Source of the DNA: Stylophora pistillata
Taxonomy: Eukaryota
NCBI RefSeq assembly: GCF_002571385.2
Contig: NW_019218260.1
Coordinates: 39,463 to 103,462 of the forward strand
Direction of reading: 5' to 3'
DNA length: 64,000 nucleotides
Every line of letters starts with the position of its first letter. Within the stretch, counting starts at the first letter, position 1. Of the stretch, positions 38,491 to 51,134 are shown piece by piece. The notes under the pieces are model-generated. The model saw only the letters and a list, made by a program, of their open reading frames with translations. It was not told where the DNA came from and did not search any database. Made by a program: the position numbers and the translations under genes.

Positions 38491-40790
38491 ATCCCTTTTC
38501 AACCAGGAATTCTTTGAATTACCTTCCTTCTTTCTTGCTTATCCCACGTGGCCATTCGAAACTGGCCAAGAGTGGCCGCCTCCAGGGCTCTGGGACATGT
38601 CCCCACAGACCTTGTCAGGGAAACCAGGATGTAGTCCCTCGCCGCCGCATACTGCGAGAGACTCAGGTCATGGCTGGTCGTGGACTTCTTGGCGGCTGCC
38701 AAGGCCATTTCCCCCTCCTTTGCTGGCTCTGAAGTCATTATAGCATGCAACTCACTTGACGTTAGCAGTCTGTAATGATAATAATCATAACAATAAAGAA
38801 TTATATATATATATATATATATCCAGGGTAGCACGTAATAGCCAGAGGCTAATAGAGTTAGGGCAGATAGTGTTGAAATTAGCATACCTCTCAGTCTCGC
38901 TCAGGATTTTTGCGTAGCGCACAGATGATGTTTCTTTTGTGATTGTGTGTCTCCACCCCTTTAGGCTGCTACACAGCTCTGCCAGGATCTCGTGGTCTTC
39001 AGTCTTAAGAGGGGGCAGCTCTGGCTTTTTGCCCTTGTTATTGACAAACTCCAGGAACATTTGCAATGAGTTCAAATAACTCTTTAGTGTCCCTCCTGCC
39101 TTCTTAGTTAGATTGGGCACGACCCAATCTAACCACACCGTACATCCGTCCTCACAGAGCACCTGTATGTCCACGCCAGAGGGCTGTAGCTGTTCAAGAA
39201 GGTTTCTGACTTGCACTGCATGCTGCAGGCTAAAACAAAAGCGAAATGAAACAACGAATCTTTAGCCCAGGTTTGAACATAAAAACCATGGAGTTGGCAT
39301 GATTGGAAATGTAAAGACGTCACCTTATTCTTACCAGTTTCACTCCTCGTGAAACCCTGCTGCAGGGGTGGCTAGGTGGTGGAAGAATGCGACCAACCAT
39401 CTGTGGCGAGGCGTCAGGGGCTTGGGCTCATGGAAGAATGCCTCCTCATTTTCATACCCCCACTCAGACGCAAAGTGAGACTCTTGCGAGTTGTCCTCTG
39501 CGCCTGAGATGGGCACCACTGATGGTTTTATGGCGCAGGGGGGCGTAGGAGGCACTCCTTCCCAGCTGTCTTCCGAAGGCACTTTCCTCTTCTTCGATGG
39601 CGGGGGGGAATCAGAGGTGTCTGAAGAGACCTCCGCCAAGGGCCTTTTGGTGGGCGTGAGTGTTGAGGGGGGCCTAGGGGGCAGAGGTGTTGACACAAGT
39701 GGCCGCCAGCTCGGAATTTCCTCGTCACTGCCCTGGTATCTTGTTGCCATTTTGAGTATGTTCTTGTATCTCTGACCTTTGAAGATAGAAGAATGACATT
39801 GATGGAAAACAATGTTTATTTTTCGGACAGAGCGTTGACATGTCATTGTAACAACTTTCAAAGACCCTGATTAGGCATTGTAATCTACAAAACACGGACA
39901 AAGGGTCAGACGTACCTTTGTTGTCCATGTTATGGACCTGGGTGAGATGTTGGGGCAGGAATGCCCCAAGAAAGTTGCAGCCCTCCACAGGGCACCACTG
40001 CCTTCTCCTCTTCGAAGGGGGTCCACTCTTCTTTTTGTAGCTCCTTATAGGACCAGATTTCTTGGGCCCTGCACATGACAGGGCAAAGAGGCGCTCTACA
40101 TCCTCCTTGGACAGCTCGCCCTTGGAGTAGTGAACCTTTAACAAAGAGCAGTAATGAACAATTTGAACTTGCACATTTTGATTATGACTTGACGTTCTGC
40201 ATGGGGACGGGAACACAGATTACACATAATACTAGGTGTACCTTGGTAAGATGTCTCTTGAGGTTGATCCCCGAGAACCCCTTACATCCAGGAACCAGGC
40301 AGGACCTCCTTTTTCTTTCTGACTTGCTGGCGATGGTCTTCAGCTTCTCACCCTTTGCCCCCTTTAGACTTGTCTCTCCCTCCTCTTCACTCTCCTCATC
40401 CTCCTTCTGCTTAACTACTTCCTCCTGGGCAACCTCACCGTCCTCGGACGTGTCTCTCTCCTAAGGAAGTTAGGTGAGAAAGTTAGTTGATATAATTCCT
40501 GAAGTTGAACACCAAAGAGCTTGTGATGAAGCTAGTAAGAAGTTGCGCCAACAAACCTGAGTTGGCCAATCAGGGTCTGCCTCGCTATCATCGGCCACAT
40601 CCCCCTCCCTGTTGGCTGCTCTTCTCATTTTCTCTTCCTTTCTCCTATGGATCCACTGTACCTGGCAGCACATGTCCATTGATCTGCAGACATCCCTCAT
40701 GACTCCATAGGCGTGTTTGGCCACATCTTTGGCAGTAGTGTACCGCGTCTGGATAGCAAAAACTGCAAGGACTGGGACCAAGTGTAATAA
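38490..40790 (-). pseudogene. YR-3: truncated intron-containing tyrosine recombinase gene (same subfamily as YR-4)
   Basis: N-domain remnant (MRDVCRSMDMCCQV), fingers, GTLKSYLNSLQMF, AARDY...GTCPRAL (Arg replaced by Cys). Introns at the YR-4 positions, e.g. about 38770-38887 and 39229-39333. The 3' half is missing. Confidence 0.82.
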
Positions 40791-42572
40791 TTGAATGAAA
40801 AATGAGCGCGGTCAAATTGGAACTGAGTGTAGTCAAAATGAATGAATCTGAAGTGAGAGAGAGTAGCCGAAGTGTAAGAGCTGAATGAGAGCCGAATTAG
40901 AGTTGAAGTGTAAGAGCCGAACTTAGAGCCGATTTTAGTAGAGCCAAAGAGCCGAAGAGCTGAATGAGAGCCGAATAATGAGTGTGATCAGTCGTGTGAA
41001 CAGTCAGTCAGGTCATCACCCTCTCATGGATTATAACGTAACGTAAACGTGATCGGCAGATGCCTTATAGGCGGTAGTTGTTATAAGTGAGTAGGTTGCG
41101 TTTGAGTATATATATGAAACATGTATGTCAATGATATCCATGTGGGATCTTGTCGAGTCTTCAGTCATGATAACTGCACATGTTCGGTAACTTTACATAT
41201 GCGTATTGGAGTTTTATGGTCAAGTAGCCCCAAAGACTTAATGAAATGCATCACCAATGATACCTTAAAATAAATTAAAAAATAGCGACGTCATTTCCTC
41301 CTGGTGTCTTCTCTTCCGTCGCCGCCGACGCTGCTGCCCGGGCCGCTGCCCGGTTGATGAATAAAAGAGTCAATTCCCCAATAGATCTCATCTTTGAGTT
41401 GCGAAAAAAATAAATGTAAATAAAAGGTAGTGGATTGTGAGTCTTCTAAAAACAGGGACACAACGTCAATCTAGTAAAGAGAAGAGTAAAAAAAGTGATT
41501 ACTATGATGACACGCTTGGATATCTATAAAATTTTACTTCCGATCCTGCTAATCCAACAAAAGTGCATGTACAGTAATAATAAGGTTGTTCTAATCGGTT
41601 CATAAAAAAATGAATTATGTGTGATAAGGAGAGAATCATTTCTCCCATGGCAAATACATCCCATAAAGATACATATACGCATATATAATGGTTCAAATCA
41701 TAGTAAAGATCTACTTTTAAGATCAAAAAATAAATTCGGTAAAAAGAAATTAAGTCTTGTGTGCTGCCAAGTGCTGTGTCAAATCCAATCTAAGTGAGCA
41801 AATAAAACGGAAACGACCTTAATATGACTGTACATGAACACCCTCTTTCTTCACTTCTCCCTATAATCACACAATCCCCTTCTTGCTTCACATACGGAAA
41901 CTCTCTATGTACATGGACAAACTGATTCATAGCTGGACTTAAAGTTTACCCAAAGCATTCAATTTGTAATGGATAATAAAACCAAAGGTGTCCGCGAATC
42001 TAAGAAAAAAACGTAAAAAAAAACATCTAAACAGTGTAAAATTAACGACGACGGTAATACATATGAAAATGAGAACGTGTACGTGGGTGAATTGGGTACC
42101 TTGTGAAAAAAAGACAAAAAGGATACCCCTGCCCGTTAAAAATATCTCGTAAAAAACTTAAAAAATGCAATACCGCAAAAGTTTTTGAAAAATTGCTGAA
42201 ACATCAAAATTCTCGAAATAAATATAACGTAAAAACAAACGATTAAAATTTGGTGGAACATATACTTCTGTGAGTACATAGCATGATTCTCTAAATGCGT
42301 TAGGATGTCTTAAGATACACATCATTCTCCGAAAAACCGTTATGACAAATCGCATATGCCACATAGCTTGATGGAGGAAAGCTGGATTATTACTATACAT
42401 CTAAAAAAGAGAAAGAAAAAATTACAATGAGGGTGGTATAACCCGAAATAAATACTGAAATATGTCAGAAATAAACACTATACCTCATGAATTCTCGCCT
42501 CTAAAGCTCCTGGTTCCAATAACACTCTTAAATCTTCAATGGCTTGTTGCCTCAAGGCAGAATGCTCCACGC

Positions 42573-42842
42573 TTAAGGGCCGTGGGATGTTAAATCGTGG
42601 TTTTGAATAGGATTATCGGGTTCTTCTCTGGCAGGAAAAGGTTCTCTGCAATGTCCGCATTGGTTCGATGTATTCCTGTGAACTTGGAGGCAATGGCGAT
42701 GAATACGTCTATTGCAGCATGGAGTGACCATAACCTGAACCAAATTTATGGTTATTTGTACAAGACAAATAAAGCAGGCGTATGGACGACCATCCTCTTC
42801 AGGATCTTCTGCTCTCAATCTTGTTGATGACCGTGATGCCAT
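42573..42842 (-). CDS. Small RING-finger protein, virus/Maverick-like accessory gene
   Basis: CFIC...TPCCNRRIHRHC...CGHC. Confidence 0.55.
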   Translation of the reverse strand: MASRSSTRLRAEDPEEDGRPYACFICLVQITINLVQVMVTPCCNRRIHRHCLQVHRNTSNQCGHCREPFPAREEPDNPIQNHDLTSHGP

Positions 42843-43288
42843 TTTTCAATGTAGTTCTAGAAGTAAAAAAAGTTTGGTAAGAAAAAATGACTTAGTGCGC
42901 CAACTCCATTTGAATGATCAGATCTTACCTCTCCAACTTCTCAGCTACTACTGCAAGAAATATCATGTAAAATGGTCTGCTAAATATATTAAAAATTGAA
43001 TAGAAGCACGTACTACACTTGAAATAGTAGTAGTACTACACGTGAAAACCTTGTGAAAGTTCATTGTGTATTAAATGAATAGCAAGGTGATGGCACACCC
43101 AAAAAATGTCAGTAATGACCGCACCCTAAAAAATAATGAGTGCTATTGTCTTTTTTAGTCATATAATGACTAAAATTTCCCGCCTAATTCGCAGTTGGTA
43201 GAGAACACGTTTTAGTGAAGTTGACGCGGGAAAGTTGTGGCGGGAAAGTCCCAGTGTAAAAGAAAGAGAGAAAAAGTAAGAGAAAGCA

Positions 43289-44776
43289 ATGGGTGAAAGA
43301 AAAAGAAAATGGAGTATGGGATGGTGGGAGGACGATGTATCTGATAGTGAGCTAAATGGAATTGGTGAGATGGACAACCATCTGGAGGATGTAAGCGACG
43401 GTGAACTACTTCAAATGGCAGAAATGTGGGAAGAAGCAAGTGACGAGCAACATGGTTCAGGTACGGAAAATATGCCTTTATTTAATTTTGAGGTAGCCGT
43501 TATAGGCGAATCGGCAAAATTTAAGAAAACATTGCTAAAACAGCATGTGAGAACCAAAAAAATTCAGTTAAGGCAAGCAAGAGAGAGTGACAATCTGGGC
43601 CATGAGGTTACAGAGGCTGTGCGGCGTGTGGCTGCCCAGATTATCGGAGATGCTGGGGAACGTTGGCCGCATGGGGTTAGGGGCGAGGACCAAGTCTTCA
43701 ACTTTTCCACGCCTCGCTTTCAACATCCGCTCCAATCGTCACATTTTCGTGTGGACCAGGTTATTGGTGGGAGTGACCGCTGGCAAACATATTTGGAGGT
43801 GTTGGCAAATCAGCTGAACTCGAACGAGTCCTTTGAAGCAGAGGACTCGTTCAATGTGGACGTCACGTTGATCACGCATGGCGGGGGTGATAACGATAAT
43901 CTGGGTGGGAAATGGGGTCGATGGCTCGGACACAAGAAACTTGCGTCTGTCATACACGACCGAAAGTGTATTTTGGAAGTATCTAACACAGATCAACTTT
44001 GTTGTGCTCGAGCCATTTGTCTGGCTAAAGCGGCCTGTGAGGCGAAAAATAGTACCGCCGACCAGCGGTACTATAGAAGTCTCCTAAGGTATCCCCTATC
44101 CCTTACTAGGTGTGCCAAATTTCTTCATCGGGAGGCTGGTGTACCTGAGGGACCCTGTGGGACCCTGTGGGAGGGAAGAGTTGGCTGTCTTCCATCAGTA
44201 TTTGGGCACACAGTTTCAACTCAAAGTTCTTATGGCCTGTTACCCTTATGGGGTCATGTTTGAAGGAAATGTAGGGGAAGAACAACCTCGGCATATTGTC
44301 AGGTTGATCTACGTTCCGCCTGTGGGGGGAATGGAAGTGGGACATTTTCACGGTTGCACATTGTTCCTGGGGTTCCTGGAAAGGTCGTATTTTTGCGATT
44401 TGTGTAACCGTGGATATGACCATGAAGATTTTCACAATCACCCCTGCGACCGGCGACAATGTAAAGCCTGCAAACAAGTGACGTGTGGCGCTAAAACCCA
44501 TGAACCTACCGTGAATTGTCTTCACTGTCATCAACACTTTTATGACGAACGATGTCTGGCCTTCCATCTCACTCATCGAATATGCAAGAGTTGGGTTCAT
44601 TGTCCCGATTGCTGTAAAGAATACAACCCTCAGACAACCCGCATGAGTGTTGTACAGAACGTTGCCATGCTTGCCGAAAAGAAGTGGATTTAACGACACA
44701 TCAATGTTTTATACAGAGTGTGGCTGAAGAAGAAGACGAGCCTGTAAAGAAACCGGCAGCTCTTTACAAAAAACAA
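43289..44776 (+). pseudogene. N-terminal region of a Maverick/Polinton-type protein-primed DNA polymerase B ORF, truncated by YR-4
   Basis: QLNSNESF, KCILEVSNTDQLCCARAI, LHREAGVPEGPCG, GHF, YFCDLCNRGY, Cys clusters and HQCFIQ resemble the region preceding the exonuclease domain of Polinton pPolB. The polymerase domain itself is absent. A 10-bp duplication (GGGACCCTGT) causes a frameshift. Confidence 0.65.
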
Positions 44777-45149
44777 GATATATGGTTCATGGTGGTATCT
44801 TCATGGTTCATGGTGTTACCTTCATGGTTCATGGGGTTACCTTAGGGGTTCATGGGGTTACCTTAAGGGTTCATGGTGTCACCTAGGGTTCATGGTTTTT
44901 CCTAGGGTTCATTAGGTTACCTAGGGGGTTCATGGTTCTACCCTTGGCAATGAAGATGCGTTTTAATCCGAGACCCTTAAAGTTATTGGCATGAAATTAA
45001 CACACAATGTTGATTGGATGATTATTAGTCTGTGTAGGACATTAGGGTTAGGTTTTATTTGATAAATTCACTTTTTTTCTCACTTTACCCCTTAGCCCAT
45101 TGGTCATATCTCACTAAACAATATTCGAATGACATCTGATTTTGTTAGA

Positions 45150-45329
45150 CATTTAAGAATAAATATTAGCGAGAAAAACACAGAACGTTTCGATGGTTCC
45201 ATGTCATCATTCTCAGGTGAGAAGAGATGAAAATGAATTTACAATTTTAGTCTCTTCTCACTTGAGAATGATCACATGGAGTCATCGAAACGTTCTGTGT
45301 TTTTTCTCGCTAATATTTATTCTTAAGTT
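45150..45329. repeat. Palindrome with minimal hammerhead-like cores (Penelope-like)
   Basis: TTAAGAATAAATATTAGCGAGAAAAA...TTTTTCTCGCTAATATTTATTCTTAA; each arm has (C/T)TGAGAATGA...TCGAAACGTT. Confidence 0.55.
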
Positions 45330-46920
45330 ATGACTCAATCCTCAAACAACTGTAGCTCCATTGACTCTTGGATAAATAAATTCACGTTTAGTATGTGACT
45401 ACATCTATACCTTTTCTGTTACTCTGGTAACTTGCAAGTCAGTAGCATGACAGGTTGGGGACTTACAGCAGTCCCAATGAGAGCACCCCATTTGGTGTCC
45501 GCCATCTTGGATTTTTTGGCCAAGGGGTTGCATGGCCATTTTGGTCAAGATTTTAAATTTCCCTGATACTCCTGCTATAGGTTCATTGATCTCCGAAACG
45601 AGTCTCTAGCGCTTTAGAAGTGGTTTTGAAGCCTTAAGACCAGATATTCTCACTTATTACCCGTTAGCCCATGTGACATGTTTGACTTGTCAATCTTTCA
45701 ACTACCATATCTCTCTTCATTCGGCAGCTAACTGCTTCAAACCTCACAGCAAACTAGTTCCATGCCATGTCTATGTCTCACAAAAATTTCTAGTCTAGAG
45801 CGTGAGAGATTCGTTAGTTAGAGTAGTTCCCATGATTGCACCCCATTTGGCGTCCGCCATCTTGGATTTTATGGCCAAAGGGGGTAGCATGGCCATTTTG
45901 TTTCAACTTTGACCACGTGTGGACACGTGGTTTCTTATTACAACAGCTTGAAACTTACACGCATAACAGAATAGATCTTTGCCTGTCTTGTCATAGTCTT
46001 TACTGATGAAGGTGATGTTGATTGACATCTGTCAATTATGGTTGACTTCTGTCAATGAAAGCTAAAGTTTAGTTTAAATTTTTGATAGAATTTCACGTGG
46101 TACAAAATTTCATTCCATGGCCTGTTTAACGCTGGTTAAATTAGGTCATTGCAATGATCTTCACATTTTTTATACATTTTCAAAGGACTATGAGTTAGGC
46201 GAAAATATCATAATTTTGAGATGGATAGGCAATCTTCAAAGAACTGTAACTCCATTGTCTCTTGAAGACATACATTTATATTTAGTATGTGACTAGTTTT
46301 ATACCTTATGTAGTACTCTGATAAGTTGCTAGTCAAGAGCATGACAGTTTGAAGAGTTCCAGTAGTCCCAATGAGAGCACCGTATTTGATGTCCACCATC
46401 TTGGATTTTTTCGCCAAGGGGTAGCATGGTCATTTTGGTCAAAATTAGAAATTTCCCTCAAACTCCTGCTATAGGTTCAATGATGCCCAAAAAACATCTT
46501 CTATCGCTTTTTCAGTGGTCTCAAAGCCCTAAAACGATTTTTTGTTACTTTCACCATTTAGCCCACTTTTCATGTCTCACTAGTCAATCTTCAAAGAACT
46601 GTAACTCCATTGCCTCTTAAAGAAATACATTCATATTTAATATGTGACTACTTCTATACCTTATGTAGTGCTCCTATAAATTGCAAGTCAAGAGCATGAC
46701 AGGTTAGGTAGTTACAGCAGTCCCTATGAAAGCAACCTATTTGATGTCTGCCATCTTGGATTTTTTCGCCAAGGGGTAGCATGGCCATTTTGGTCAAAAT
46801 TTTAAATTTCGCTCAAACTCCTGCTATAGTTTCACTGATGCCCAAAAACATCTAGCGCTTTTAGAGTGGTATCCAGGCCTTAAAACGATCTTTTCTCACT
46901 TTCACCCCTTAGCCTACTTA

Positions 46921-47631
46921 GGGACCGGTCATTATTTATCGCCTGGGGGGGGTCGGAGTATTTAGGGGGGGATCACATGGTTTTTTGAAGACCTTTAGGG
47001 GGGATCAGCCGTAATTGACAAGCATAATGGGGGGGATCAGACCAAAAAAAAAGGAATTTTAGGTCGCGCCAGGACCCCGGGTGATTGCATTTGTAAATAC
47101 TTTGGTAGGATTTGCCGCTGGGACTCCCCCAACCATATATTCAAGACCACGTTCAGTTGTATTTTGTATTATATAAACTCTATTCTAGCCCAGACACAAA
47201 ACCCAAACCCTTTTACAGACCCTCCATTTTGTAAAAAAGAATCACTATCGTAGTCTAACATACACATCGAGGATGAAGAATCCGAAAGTGGAGAGGCAGA
47301 GAGCGACGATGACTATGTTTTCGTGGATTTGGATGAACAGCCTGAGATTGGCACTTCCTCGACAATTCAGTTCGTATCTGACGAGCAAATATTTACCGTT
47401 GTGGTTCAAGGTCCATGAGACGTAAGTACCACTATTAAAATATCACTTGCATATTCAAAAAGTTATTTGGCGGTGGCTGGGAGAAAAGGGGGGGGGATCA
47501 TGAAACTTTCCACTACCGATAAGGGGGGATCTCTAAAAAACCAGATACTCTACGGGGGGATCAGGTAAATGCTTCGATGTGACAACAAAAATACTCCGAC
47601 CCCCCCCAGGCGATAAATAATGACCGGTCCC
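46921..47631. mobile_element. PIF/Harbinger (Tourist-like) MITE
   Basis: ~43-bp TIR GGGACCGGTCATTATTTATCGCCTGGGGGGGGTCGGAGTATTT and TTA target duplication (46918-46920, 47632-47634). Confidence 0.9.
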
Positions 47632-47768
47632 TTATATTACTGAGATGAAAAAGAACTTGAAGTCCCTTAACCCTTCCAATGACAAAGAGCAATACACTAT
47701 CAGAGCTTTCAATAACAATTTATTCCATTGCACAACTGTTTTTCACAGGCTTGGGATGCAAGACCAAA

Positions 47769-47825
47769 GCCCAACCCTCCTCCTTTCTCATCCGGGCTTG
47801 GGACTGGCAATGGCGGAATTAAAAA
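47769..47825 (-). ncRNA. Twister ribozyme (type P1), YR-4
   Basis: UUAAUUCCGCCAUUGCCAGUCCCAAGCCCGGAUGAGAAAGGAGGAGGG; U-G wobble in P2, A-C mismatch in P4; predicted cut between 47821 and 47820. Confidence 0.85.
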
Positions 47826-47914
47826 TGCAAGGAAACCAATGACGCAACGAAAAAAAAACACAACACAAAGTCCCAACTCTAAAAAACCCAACGGGTGCCG
47901 TGTGATGTGATGTA

Positions 47915-48015
47915 CCTGTTGTCCGAGACTGAGTGATTCGTGGGGCACTCCCCGGGGGTTGGTTACCCCAGCTCGCTCTTGATCCCTAACGAATCACTCA
48001 GAATCAGACAACAGG
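47915..48015 (-). ncRNA. Conserved structured RNA of unknown class, YR-4
   Basis: Stem CTGAGTGATTCG/CGAATCACTCAG; core conserved. Confidence 0.75.
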
Positions 48016-48099
48016 ATACAACAGTGACCACGCGGACTTTTTTTTGTTTTTCTATTTTCAATTTTTTTCTTTCTGCAAGGTGCCCAGCCACGCTCCCTC

Positions 48100-51096
48100 C
48101 TACATGCACCTCTTGAAGATGTAGTGCACCTTGTTGCGCACTCTGTCGAAGGGATTCTCCCTCAGGATCCGCTCCAGTCTGATGGAGGACGAGAATATGG
48201 TGCGGATCTTGTTCTTGGTAGGTACCTTGTCCAGATGCGCCGATGCCACCCTTATGAGGTCCGACTCCTCCTCTGTCCAAGGCTGCCTGGCCGATGATGA
48301 AGAAAAGAGTGAGGAACCCATCTTTTGCGATAGCACAAAGGAGGCTGTTCATGTTTGTGGATCCTCCTCAGGGGGAGGTCGGTGGGGCCATCAGGCTGCT
48401 GCCTCTTCACCAAGTAGCCAACCCAGTCAACCATACGCTTTACGACATGTTTCTTCCAGGGAGAAAATCTCTCCCGGATGTCGTCACTGAAGACAACATA
48501 CACTGCTCTTCTGGGGTCAGAGCAAATGTACTTCAGGATTGGGAGCAGTCAGCGGACGAGCCTCACGGGTGTGCCTCCTTGGCGCTCTCTTCCTTTGAGC
48601 CCTCTTCCATTGATGCGGTATGCAGCCCGATCTGCTGCAACGCTTCAGCTGCTACCTCAGTTAGGTCTTCCCTGAAGTACCTACAGTTGGAAACGGTATG
48701 AAAGACAAACACATTGCATGAATGTCATCATGCTTGGGAGAGAGACCTGTTCACATAGCTGCTTATAAATGGTACCTACCAAGTGTGAGCAGTCTTCTCG
48801 CTGTGGCACATCAAGCGCCGCAGCAGATCCTCGTCAACGGGGACCCCTCGCCTCTTCGCATCCTTCATAACAGTTACTAGCCACTTCCTAAAGTCCGTGG
48901 CAGTGATGGGTCGGTCGGCACAGACGCCGGTTTTCACAACAAAAGCAGTGATCCGCCGGCCGATCGTGCCCTTTTGGTATGGCGCGCCATTGGACTTTAG
49001 GAAGATCTTGGTGTCGTCAGAATTATCCTGGCTCACAAGGGGCCGTAGCCCTCTGGTAAAGACCTCCATGTCCCCCGCCAGTTGGTGCACTTAGGGGTAT
49101 GGGTGCGGCCCCTCCACTTGCCGTTTATGGCTGGTTACCAGCATGACTTTGGACCTTCTTTGCCCATCCCACTTTGGCATTGTGTAGCTGGCCAAGGTGG
49201 CAGACTCAAGGGTGCCGGGACGCGTCCCGACGCTCCTTGTCAGGGCAGCCAGCAGGTAGTCTCTCGCTGCTTGGTACTGAGAGAGGCTTAGCCCATGGCT
49301 ACCCGTAGCCCTTTCTGCGGCTTCCAGCACTCTCCTCCCCTCCTCGGCAGGCTCTGACTGCATGATTCTATGCACCTCGTTGGTCGTGAGCAGGCTGTAA
49401 TGATATTAATCAGAACAATTAAGAAAATACGTATAACAAGGGTAGCACGCAACAACCAGATCCTAATAGACTTAGGGCAGATATTGTTGAAGTGGGCGTA
49501 CCTCTCCGTCTCTTCCAGTATCTTGGCATACCGGGCAGAAGACGTTTCCTTCGTGATGGTCCTCCTCCACCCTTTGAGACTGGCAGACAGATCTCGAAGT
49601 GTATTTCTCTCTTCACTACTAAGGGCAGGCAGCCCTGGCTTTTTCCCCTTGTTAACTATGAAGTCAAGGAACATCTGGAGAGAGTTCAGGTAGCTCTTCA
49701 GGGTTCCGGCGGCTTTTCTTGTTAGATTGGGCACAACCCATTCTGACCAAACCCGGCCGCCATCCTCCTGGCAGAGCACCTGAACGTCTACTCCAGATGG
49801 CTCTAGTTCTTCCAGCAGTCCCTTGACTTGTGCCGCATGCTGCAGGCTAAAAGAAAAGGTAAATGAAAAAAACCACTCTTCAACCTGGGTTCAACATGAA
49901 AACAACGGAGTTGGTATTATTGGAAATGTGAAGACATGACCTCATTCTAACCGGTTTCTGTCACAGTGAAACCCTGCATCAGGGGTGGCAAGATGCTTGT
50001 AAAAGGCCACCAACCACTTGTGGCGAGGCGTAGTGGGCTCTTCCTCCATAAAGAATGCCTCCTTGTTCTCGTAGAAAGTCTCAGATGCAGAGTCAGAGTC
50101 TTGCGAGTCATCCTCTGCGCCTTGGACAGGGGCCACTGATGGTTTTGTGGAGCGCACCAAGGATGGAGTTGGGGTGCGCGCCAGAGATGTTGATGGGGTG
50201 CCCCCCGAATATGTTCTTGTGGGGTGGGGGCGTAGGCAGCACTTCTTCCCACGAGGTTCTGGAACAGGAGTCTTCCTCTGGTTCTTTCCTTCCTTTTTTG
50301 GATGGTGGGGGGAATCAGATGACGAGTCGGTGTAAATCTCAGACAAGGGCCTTTTGGGTGGCGTACGTGGCACACCGTGCCTAGTGGCCAAAGATGTTGT
50401 GGGGGTTGGCCGCCAGCTTTCTATTTCCTCCTCACTACCTTGGTAAAACCTGGCCATGCTCAGGTAGTTTTTGTACCTCTGACCTTTGGAGTAAGAATAA
50501 TCACATCAATGAGAAACAATTGTGTTTTGGGTGGAGAGATGAAGGTGGTTTAGACGTACCTTTATTGTCTAGCTGGTGGACCTGCATGAGGTGTTGGGGC
50601 ATGTAAGCCCCAAGAAAGTTACAACCCTCCACTGGACACCACTGTCTCCTCCTGCGCTTCTTTGCCTTGGTTTTGCTTCCCTTCCTTGCATAACGACGAA
50701 TCGCGCCGAATTTGGAGCGTCCGGCACTTGCTAGTGCCGCGAGGCGATCCACATCATCCTTCGAGATTTCACCCTTGGAATAGTGAACCTTGAACAAAGA
50801 GCGGTAATGAAGAATTTGAACTTGCACATTTTCGATTATGACTTGACCTTTTGGGGACTGAAATAGAGGTTAGACATACTACTAGTTGTACCTTTGTAAA
50901 GTGCCTCTTTAGGTTAACTCCTGCGAAACCCTTACAGGAAGGAACAAGGCAGCTTTTCTTCTGTCTGGGTTTGGCGGTGGCCTTTGCCGGCTGGGTTACA
51001 TCATCCTCACTCTCACTACCATCCCCCTCCTCTTCACTAGGGTTGGCCTCTGACTCAAGGACCTGTACGTCCTCATCTTCGGATGCGCTCACCTCC
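48100..51096 (-). pseudogene. YR-4 tyrosine recombinase gene with at least five GT-AG introns
   Basis: Introns at about 50789-50891, 50484-50559, 49847-49951, 49395-49501 and 48681-48779; splicing restores FTK|VHY, RNR|LQHA, ETES|LLTT and AHTW|YFRED. Catalytic TRPG, HK, DFRK, MCHS and WY present; frameshifts elsewhere. Confidence 0.87.
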
Positions 51097-51134
51097 TAAG
51101 GACGTTAAAAAGTGGGAAAGTTAGTTGAATTTCT

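Larger units (their letters stand above)
44778..51134 (-). mobile_element. YR-4: tyrosine-recombinase element, gene 5' part missing
   Basis: Left end AG-ATATATGGTTCA followed by GGTTCATGGGGTTACC-type repeats (44783-44940), inverted satellite, twister, hairpin, A-tract and YR gene. Confidence 0.78.
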
